From positions 51,299 to 75,298 of the forward strand of contig CAWJLJ010000014.1 in NCBI GenBank assembly GCA_963843585.1: DNA of 24,000 nucleotides, read 5' to 3'. How positions within the stretch are numbered: position 1 is the stretch's first letter; every line of letters begins with the position of its first letter. The translations under genes and the position numbers were made by a program. This DNA is from an uncultured Acidobacteriota bacterium. GTDB lineage: Bacteria > Actinomycetota > Acidimicrobiia > Spongiisociales > ZC4RG35. This document shows, piece by piece, positions 1-5,846 of the stretch. The notes beneath the pieces were generated by a model. It searched no databases and was not told the origin of the DNA. It saw nothing but the letters and a program-made list of their open reading frames with translations.

Positions 1-2516
1 CCCTCGCCGACCAGATGGCCCGCCGGCCCCCGGAGGTGTTGGCCCATCCCACCCCTTCCAAGCCGATTGCTGCCGATCAGACGGGCGGGCCGCGACCGAG
101 GCCGGACCGCGAGTTCCACAACGGTCTTGGAGGCTTCGCCGCCGACGGCACCGAATACGTGGTGGTGTTCGGAGAAGGTCAATCGACGCCGGCCCCGTGG
201 ATCAACGTCGTCGCCAACCCCCGCTTCGGATTCTGCGTCTCGGAATCGGGGTCCGGGTACAGCTGGGCGGAGAACAGCCGGGAGAACCAGCTGACGCCCT
301 GGTCCAACGATCCTGTGACCGACCGTTCCGGCGAGGTGCTCTATGTCCGAGACGAGGAGAGCGGGGAGGTCTGGGGACCGACCGCCCTGCCGATCAGGGA
401 TGAGGCCGCTGCCTACCTGGCCCGCCACGGTCCCGGCTATTCCGAGTTCGAACACACCTCCCGGGGGATCGCCCTCCACCTTCATCAGACCGTCCCGCTC
501 GAGGATCCGGTCAAGATCTCGCGTCTGCGGCTTCGCAACCTGACTGGTCGCCGCCGCAACCTGTCGGTAACCGCCTATGTCGAATGGGTGCTCGGCACTA
601 CCAGGTCCACGTCGCCCATGCAGATCGTGACCGAACGCGACGAGGAGACAGGCGCCCTGCTGGCCCGCAACCCATGGAACGTCGACTTCGGGGAACGAGT
701 GGCCTTCGCCGACCTCGGAGCCGGCGAAGTCACGGTCACCTGCGATCGGGCCGAGTTCCTCGGAAGACACGGCAGCGTCGACGACCCGGCAGCTCTGAGA
801 CCCACCCGGAAACTGTCGGGGGCCGTCGGAGTGGGGCTCGACCCCTGCGCGGCCATCCAACGCTCCCTGGTCCTGGCTCCGAACGAAGAAGTCGAGGTGG
901 TCTTCTTGCTCGGCCAGGGAGAGGACCTCGGAGAGGCCCGGACACTCGTCGAGCGCTATCGCCGGATCGACACGGGGGCGATACAGGCCGAAGTGGCGAT
1001 CCGGTGGAACGACATCCTCGGCACTGTCCGGGTGAAGACCCCCGATCGATCCTTCGACCTGATGATCAACCAGTGGCTGCTCTACCAGACGCTCGCTTGC
1101 CGAGTGCTGGGCCGGACCGCGTTCTATCAGTCCGGAGGAGCCTTCGGTTTCCGCGACCAACTGCAGGACGTCATGGCGCTGGTGGTGCCGATGCGGGACA
1201 TGACCAGAGAGCACCTGTTGCGAGCTGCCAGTCATCAGTTCGAAGAAGGCGATGTGCTCCATTGGTGGCACGCCCCCTCGGGGAAGGGGGTGCGGACCCG
1301 TATCTCCGATGACTACCTCTGGCTCCCCTATGCCGTGGCCCACTATGTGGAGGTGACCGGGGACCAGGACGTTCTCGAGCGAGGTGGTGCCCTATCTGCG
1401 TGGAGTGGAACTCGCTCCGGACCAAGACGAGGTCTACTTCACCCCGAGAAGTCCTCCACGGAAGGAACGATTTTCGACCACTGCCGACGTGCCCTCGACC
1501 GGGCGCTCTCCAGGCTGGGGAGTCGTGGCCTTCCCCTGATCGGGACCGGTGACTGGAACGATGGGTTCAACCGGGTGGGTCGGGAGGGACGAGGTGAGAG
1601 CGTATGGCTCGGATGGTTCCTGGAGGCGAACCTGAGACGATTCGCCGACATCGCCACCGGACTGGGGGAGCCCGAACTCGCCGCAACCTGGCGGCAGGGG
1701 GCGCTTGGTCTCCAGGAGAGCCTCGAAGCCGAGGCATGGGACGGTGACTGGTACCGGCGCGCCTTCTTCGATGACGGGACGCCGCTCGGTTCGTCGGTGA
1801 ATCCCGAATGTCGAATCGACTCGATCGCACAATCCTGGTCGGTCATCCACGGCGGCGCCCGAAGCGGGCGGGGCCAGCGGGCGATGGACTCGGTGGAGGA
1901 ATACCTGGTCCATCGAGGTGACGGTCTGGTGCTCCTCTTCACCCCACCATTCGACAACTGGGACGTCGACCCTGGATACATCAAGGGGTACCTGCCCGGT
2001 GTCCGCGAGAACGGCGGCCAGTACACCCACGCCGCCATCTGGTGCGTCATCGCCTTCGCCACCCTGGGCGACGGTGATCGGGCGGGCGAGCTGTTCGGTT
2101 TGCTCAACCCGATCAACCATGCCAGCACCAGAGCAGGGATCCACCGGTACCGGGTGGAGCCCTATGTGGCGGCGGCGGACGTGTACTCGGAGGCGCCCCA
2201 CGTGGGCCGGGGAGGTTGGACCTGGTACACGGGCTCGGCGGGCTGGATGTACCGGGCGGGTGTGGAGTGGATCCTTGGCTTCCGCTTGCGGGGAGCGAGC
2301 CTCCTCATCGATCCGTGCATTCCGCGCGCCTGGAGAGGCTTCGAGATCGCCTTCCGCTATCACTCGTCCCACTACGAGATCGAGGTCAGCAATCCCAACG
2401 GCGTCAACAAGGGTGTCGTGAGTTTGACCATGGACGGCACGACTCTCCGCCCCGGCTCGGAGCTGAACCTGGTCGATGACGGCTCCACCCACCACGTGCG
2501 GGTGGTCTTGGGCTGA
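1..2516 (+). CDS. GH94-family glycoside phosphorylase / cyclic beta-1,2-glucan-synthase-type C-terminal region (5'-partial)
   Basis: The frame is open to the window edge, with no in-frame stop upstream of nt 15, so the gene is 5'-partial. The translation carries GH94 hallmarks: FGFRDQLQD, HWWH, DDYLWLPYAV, GLPLIGTGDWNDGFNRVG, GESVWLGWFL, ENGGQYTHAA, TGSAGWMYR. Nt 1381-1446 appear doubly frameshifted (see findings). Confidence 0.85.
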   Translation, partial: LADQMARRPPEVLAHPTPSKPIAADQTGGPRPRPDREFHNGLGGFAADGTEYVVVFGEGQSTPAPWINVVANPRFGFCVSESGSGYSWAENSRENQLTPWSNDPVTDRSGEVLYVRDEESGEVWGPTALPIRDEAAAYLARHGPGYSEFEHTSRGIALHLHQTVPLEDPVKISRLRLRNLTGRRRNLSVTAYVEWVLGTTRSTSPMQIVTERDEETGALLARNPWNVDFGERVAFADLGAGEVTVTCDRAEFLGRHGSVDDPAALRPTRKLSGAVGVGLDPCAAIQRSLVLAPNEEVEVVFLLGQGEDLGEARTLVERYRRIDTGAIQAEVAIRWNDILGTVRVKTPDRSFDLMINQWLLYQTLACRVLGRTAFYQSGGAFGFRDQLQDVMALVVPMRDMTREHLLRAASHQFEEGDVLHWWHAPSGKGVRTRISDDYLWLPYAVAHYVEVTGDQDVLERGGALSAWSGTRSGPRRGLLHPEKSSTEGTIFDHCRRALDRALSRLGSRGLPLIGTGDWNDGFNRVGREGRGESVWLGWFLEANLRRFADIATGLGEPELAATWRQGALGLQESLEAEAWDGDWYRRAFFDDGTPLGSSVNPECRIDSIAQSWSVIHGGARSGRGQRAMDSVEEYLVHRGDGLVLLFTPPFDNWDVDPGYIKGYLPGVRENGGQYTHAAIWCVIAFATLGDGDRAGELFGLLNPINHASTRAGIHRYRVEPYVAAADVYSEAPHVGRGGWTWYTGSAGWMYRAGVEWILGFRLRGASLLIDPCIPRAWRGFEIAFRYHSSHYEIEVSNPNGVNKGVVSLTMDGTTLRPGSELNLVDDGSTHHVRVVLG

Positions 2517-2605
2517 GTCCCACAGAGACCGAGTCAGGATCGATCCGAGTCCTGTTCCCGGTCAGCTCGAGGTCGGCGAGCGGACAGCGACCGGGCGGAG
2601 GACGG

Positions 2606-3094
2606 CTAGTTGCGAGTGCCATGTCGATCCGTGAGCCGGGCATGGGGAGGGGCTTCCGGCTGATACGAGCCGGCCTCGATGGCAGTGTCGATGGCAGCCA
2701 TCTCCGCAAGGGATGTGGAAGCGAGCTCTCGGGTGAGGGCCGCTTGGGTGCGGGCCCAGGTGTCGTGAACGGGACAGGTTTGTTCCCAGTCGCAGGGACC
2801 ATCGCGTAGAACGCAATGGTCGAACGTGGCGGGGCCTTCGGCGGCTTCAACGATATCGAGGAGGCTGATTTCGCTAGGGGGTCGAGCCAGGCGATAGCCA
2901 CCGCGGGGCCCGTGAGCGGCTACCAACAGCCCCTCGGCGACCAGTCCGGCCAGGATCAGGGTCAAGGTCTTGTAGGGGATGTTCATCTCAGTGGAGATCT
3001 GACGGGCTTGCCGCAAACTGCTCTCATGGTGACGGCCGACCGAGATCATGGCCCTGACGGCGTAGTCGCCTTTTCGTTTGAGACTGAGTTGCAT
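2606..3094 (-). CDS. Rrf2-family transcriptional regulator, probable Fe-S cluster type
   Basis: 162-aa ORF. The N-terminus MQLSLKRKGDYAVRAM and the wHTH NIPYKTLTLILAGLVAEGLL..GPRGGYRLARP are typical of Rrf2/BadM. The C-terminal half has C-x6-C-x5-C-x2-H (HCVLRDGPCDWEQTCPVH), which resembles the IscR/NsrR cluster ligands. Confidence 0.85.
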   Translation of the reverse strand: MQLSLKRKGDYAVRAMISVGRHHESSLRQARQISTEMNIPYKTLTLILAGLVAEGLLVAAHGPRGGYRLARPPSEISLLDIVEAAEGPATFDHCVLRDGPCDWEQTCPVHDTWARTQAALTRELASTSLAEMAAIDTAIEAGSYQPEAPPHARLTDRHGTRN

Positions 3095-3150
3095 TTGGGA
3101 TCCCGACCCAAGTTACCTCAAAACTACGCAACCGGACCAGAATTCCGCAT

Positions 3151-3181
3151 TTGACTTAGAACTCCAAATCTGTGTTAGAGT
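3151..3181 (+). promoter_or_regulatory. Candidate sigma70-type promoter for the 3216 gene (TTGACT-N19-TAGAGT with a TGn extended -10)
   Basis: TTGACT at 3151-3156 and tgtTAGAGT ending at 3181, in the AT-richer divergent intergenic region shared with the Rrf2 gene. The 19-nt spacer is long. An imperfect inverted repeat, TGTGTTAGAG..CTCACACA (3171-3194), overlaps the -10. Confidence 0.3.
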
Positions 3182-3215
3182 ATGTCTCACACAAGCAGCT
3201 ATATGAGGAGGACTC

Positions 3216-3488
3216 ATGATAAATACTGCAATCCGCCACTCCGTGACGGACTATGGCAAGTGGAAGAGCGTGTACGACACGTTCCTACCGACATCGGCAG
3301 GGGCGAAGTACGCGAGAGTGAATCGCTCGGTTGAGGATCCCAACACGGTGACCGTTGTCGCCGGTTTCGATACCCTCGAGTTGGCGAAGACATTCCTCGA
3401 CAACCCGACCCTCAAGACCAAGATGACCGAAGCCGGCGTCGTTGGCTCCCCGAGGATCGAAATCAACGAAGAAGTCGAGTCGATCTAG
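3216..3488 (+). CDS. Small (90 aa) hypothetical protein, possibly dimeric alpha/beta-barrel (ABM-like) fold
   Basis: ATG is preceded by a strong SD (atGAGGAGGactcATG). The ORF is compact with a clean stop and is followed by a 9-bp-stem hairpin. No family is assigned confidently from sequence alone. Confidence 0.65.
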   Translation: MINTAIRHSVTDYGKWKSVYDTFLPTSAGAKYARVNRSVEDPNTVTVVAGFDTLELAKTFLDNPTLKTKMTEAGVVGSPRIEINEEVESI

Positions 3489-3496
3489 TCCACATG

Positions 3497-3520
3497 CCCG
3501 GGTCCAGTCAAGGACCCGGG
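3497..3520. terminator. Hairpin between convergent genes (CCCGGGTCC-agtcaa-GGACCCGGG)
   Basis: Perfect 9-bp GC-rich stem with a 6-nt loop, 9 nt after the 3216-3488 stop. There is no clear U-tract, so it is either a bidirectional or an intrinsic-like terminator. Confidence 0.5.
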
Positions 3521-3617
3521 GAATGCTGACAGACGTCTGACACGACATCTGAAAAACCGAGGCTCCCTGGAGGACATTCCGACGGGGGGCCTTTGTCGTT
3601 CGATCGTGCTCAGGCCC

Positions 3618-4150
3618 TTATCCGCGTTGCACTGCGATGGCGGGTCGGAATGCAGGGGTGTCGCCGAGAGCTTGGAGGAGGGTGCGGAGCAGCTGGGCCA
3701 GGTCCGCCTGCTCTGAGGGTTGGAGCGTTCCAAGACTGGCCGCTTGAGTGTCGAGGAGCGTGGCCAGGGCGTCTTCGGCCAGTTCCTTTCCGATCGGCGT
3801 CAGACGCACCAGGACACCACGGCCGTCTCGAGGGTTGGGGAGCCGTTCGATGAGCCCGACTCTTTGGAGACGGTTGAGGCGGACGGTCATGCCTCCGGTG
3901 GTGAGGAGGAGGGTTTCGGCCAGTTCTGAGGGTGTTCGCTGATGGGGCGGGCCGGCCCGGTCGAGATCGGTGAGAACGTCGAGATCGCCGGTATGGCTCA
4001 GACCGTAAGCCTCGGCGATGCCGATCCAATCTGGCTTGAAGGAAGTGCGCGGCGCGTATCACTCGAGCCACGACTTCGAGAGGCGAGAAGTCGAGTTCGG
4101 GGCCGACGTTGGTGCCATTCCCTGATGATGCTGTCAACGCGATCGTCCAT
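3618..4150 (-). pseudogene. MarR-family transcriptional regulator interrupted by two +1 frameshifts (or assembly indels)
   Basis: Three minus-strand frames join into one canonical MarR. First MDDRVDSIIREWHQRRP (ATG 4150, SD aaggaga upstream), then (E)LDFSPLEVVARVIRAAHFLQARL, then IGIAEAYGLSHTGDLDVLTDLDRAGPPHQRTPSELAETLLLTTGGMTVRLNRLQRVGLIERLPNPRDGRGVLVRLTPIGKELAED... ending at 3618. The frame switches fall at short C- and G-runs. Confidence 0.8.
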
Positions 4151-4203
4151 TCTCCTTGCGCTCCCTTCTGGACGTGCGTGTCGATGGTTGCCCCGCATCT
4201 TAT

Positions 4204-4232
4204 TTGACATATAGTTAGATTGCAAGTAATCT
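4204..4232 (+). promoter_or_regulatory. Candidate sigma70-type promoter (TTGACA-N17-TAATCT) with an overlapping inverted repeat, possibly the MarR operator
   Basis: TTGACA at 4204-4209, an exact 17-nt spacer, and TAATCT at 4227-4232. The inverted repeat AGATT-gcaagt-AATCT (4217-4232) overlaps the -10. It lies in the AT-rich region between the divergent MarR gene and the 4264 ORF. Confidence 0.4.
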
Positions 4233-4263
4233 CTCAAGTAGATCACCAACGAAGGAGCTTGTC

Positions 4264-4416
4264 GTGGTCAAGAACAGATTCGGATACGCCTTCCAAGCCC
4301 GTCTCGCCGAGATCGTCTATCAGCGACCCTGGCCGATCAGGCCCGATCGTCTCGTCCCTGTGCCGATAGCGGTGTCACCCACCCCTCCGCCACCAGTCCC
4401 GTCGCGGTCGACATGA
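4264..4416 (+). CDS. Small ORF (50 aa, GTG start) translationally coupled to the LapA-domain gene
   Basis: AAGGAG (4252-4257) sits 6 nt upstream of GTG 4264. Its stop overlaps the next start as ATGA (4413-4416). The product is Pro-rich with no recognisable family. It could instead be an N-terminal extension of the next gene, separated by an indel. Confidence 0.3.
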   Translation: MVKNRFGYAFQARLAEIVYQRPWPIRPDRLVPVPIAVSPTPPPPVPSRST

Positions 4417-4796
4417 GCCAGCCAAACACGATCTCCAGCGAAACCGGTGACCGGACTGTCCTGTCACCTGACGGCATGGCCGGACCCTCGACAACTACTC
4501 GAGCGGCAACCAAGGAACGGGTCTTTGTCGGCACGGGGCTCTTCTGGGGGCTCATCATCGGGGTGGTGTTGGCGATCGGTGTCCTGATCCTGGCCGCCCA
4601 GAACACGGCCAGCATCACTGTGACCTTCACGGCATGGGACTTCTCGACCCCGTTGATCGTCCTCATCCTTGGCGCAATTCTGATCGGCGTGGTGTTCGCC
4701 GAGTTGTTCGGCCTCTTCTATCGGACGAAGAGGCGGCGTACCCAGCGTGACCGCGACCATCTCGAGCGCCTTCAACAGTCCCAGAGCCTTTCCTGA
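4413..4796 (+). CDS. LapA-domain (DUF1049-like) small membrane protein
   Basis: 127 aa with two TM helices flanking the characteristic AAQNTASITVTFTAWDFSTPLIVLILGAILIGVV segment, followed by a basic C-terminal tail. Confidence 0.75.
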   Translation: MSQPNTISSETGDRTVLSPDGMAGPSTTTRAATKERVFVGTGLFWGLIIGVVLAIGVLILAAQNTASITVTFTAWDFSTPLIVLILGAILIGVVFAELFGLFYRTKRRRTQRDRDHLERLQQSQSLS

Positions 4797-5122
4797 TGAA
4801 ACGTCGAAACGATGTAAAGGCCCGTTGTGAGCATTGCGGACATCCACGCCGAGAGCACTATGAGAGCAGTTGCTCCGTTCCGAAATGCGTCTGCGAGGGT
4901 TATCTGCTGGTGGATCACGAGCTGAACAGTCCCAAGGTGATAGCGAGCTAATGGAACGGCGTTAGCAGTCGACGCCGACCTCTCCGTTTCACGACTAGCG
5001 ACCGGATCGACGGCGAATTCGTTGGCCATCGAATTGTGTGAGTAGCTAGGACCCTTCGCTGAGTGGCTAGTTATGTGCTCAGTCCCGTTGCGTGTCGTTC
5101 GATCTAACAACGCCGAGTCCAA
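4772..5122 (-). CDS. Hypothetical ORF in a low-GC patch; possible decayed tyrosine-recombinase C-terminus
   Basis: 116-aa ORF in visibly AT-richer DNA, directly abutting the tRNA-like repeat. The spacing H-x2-(I, not R)...W-x9-Y (VIHQQITL...SAWMSAMLTTGLY) loosely mimics the integrase HxxR...[H/W]...Y box, but the Arg is missing. Confidence 0.2.
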   Translation of the reverse strand: MDSALLDRTTRNGTEHITSHSAKGPSYSHNSMANEFAVDPVASRETERSASTANAVPLARYHLGTVQLVIHQQITLADAFRNGATALIVLSAWMSAMLTTGLYIVSTFHQERLWDC

Positions 5123-5152
5123 GAGCCAATGAATACAAGGGCAAACAAGGGA

Positions 5153-5293
5153 TCGGCGCCCTCGGCAGGATTCGAACCTGCGACACCCGGTTTAGGAAAC
5201 CTGCTCTGTATTCGAGCCTCTCAAAACCCGAAAACGCCAATAAACATAGGGTTTTCGCGTTCTCTAGGTTTGGCGCGTTCCGGTGCTCAGTTT
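5153..5293 (-). repeat. 141-bp repeat copy 1 containing a tRNA-Arg(CCU)-like element (minus strand, about 5157-5235)
   Basis: Read on the minus strand it shows a canonical T-arm (GCAGG-TTCGAAT-CCTGC), the 3' acceptor strand CGAGGGC-G, and an anticodon arm (CAGGT-TTCCTAA-ACCGG, anticodon CCT). The 5' strand GTTTTCG pairs only through three G.U pairs, and the D-region is aberrant and enlarged. About 95% identical to 23782-23922. An extra shared flank, caatgaatacaagg (5127-5140), links it to copy 2. Confidence 0.8.
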
Positions 5294-5295
5294 CC

Positions 5296-5535
5296 TACGT
5301 GTTTGCGGACTTGACCGACGGCCTCGGCGCTGATGTGGCCATCGAGGCGGTGGGTGTGCCCCCTACCTTCGAGTTGGCAGCGTCGTTGATCCGACCTGGT
5401 GGTCGGGTGGCCAACATCGGCGTGCACGGCGAGCCGGCAACTCTTCACCTCGAAGAGCTCTGGATCAAGGATGTGACCATCACCACTGGGTTGGTCGAAC
5501 ACCTACTCGACCCCCACGCTCCTCTGCGACCATGA
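5296..5535 (+). pseudogene. C-terminal fragment of a Zn-dependent (MDR) alcohol / threonine-dehydrogenase-like gene
   Basis: The translation YVFADLTDGLGADVAIEAVGVPPTFELAASLIRPGGRVANIGVHGEPATLHLEELWIKDVTITTGLV matches the MDR nucleotide-binding / C-terminal region. It begins abruptly at the repeat boundary, so the N-terminal ~200 aa are absent. The expected continuation NTYSTPTLL lies in another frame. Confidence 0.65.
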
Positions 5536-5734
5536 GAAATCCGAACCCCAAGACCAGCAGAAAACCGGCGGTGCGTCGCTCATTTGACACCGTCGGCCAA
5601 CTGTATGAACCGGCAGGACCGAATGCATCTGACATACGTCTGTCACGAAGGACGCGACGGCCGCGAAGCTGGCCAAACCGAGGGTGGAATCGCCCCGCTC
5701 TAAGAATCCTTGACAAGGGTCAGCGCCAGAAAGT

Positions 5735-5812
5735 CAATGAATACAAGGAAAATGGAGCAGAGCGCCCTCGGCAGGATTCGAACCTGCGACACCCGGTTGA
5801 AACCTGCTCTTG
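5735..5812 (-). repeat. Short copy 2 of the tRNA-Arg-like repeat (T-arm, acceptor and partial anticodon arm)
   Basis: 5762-5798 is identical to the copy-1/copy-3 core gcgccctcggcaggattcgaacctgcgacacccggtt. A 3-nt deletion removes part of the anticodon loop. It shares the caatgaatacaagg flank (5735-5748) with copy 1 but lacks the long 5' extension. Confidence 0.75.
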
Positions 5813-5846
5813 TCCTCATGGATCACCTCTCGCCTAACAGCTTGGG

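Noticed and set aside
1434-2495. Long antisense or overlapping ORFs throughout the window, for example 1434-2495(-), 6222-7304(+), 9869-10636(-), 17082-18344(-), 19849-20502(-), 20232-20954(-) and 22136-23557(+).
   Set aside because: These are typical GC-rich shadow ORFs. Their translations are Arg/Pro/Gly/Ala-rich with no recognisable domains, and each fully overlaps a gene with clear family signatures on the other strand or in another frame.
2517-2605. A short direct repeat, CCGAGTC...CCGAGTC, and the palindrome GGATCGATCC between the GH94 and Rrf2 gene ends.
   Set aside because: These are very short elements in a convergent intergenic region. They are compatible with chance or a weak terminator, and there is nothing further to support a call.
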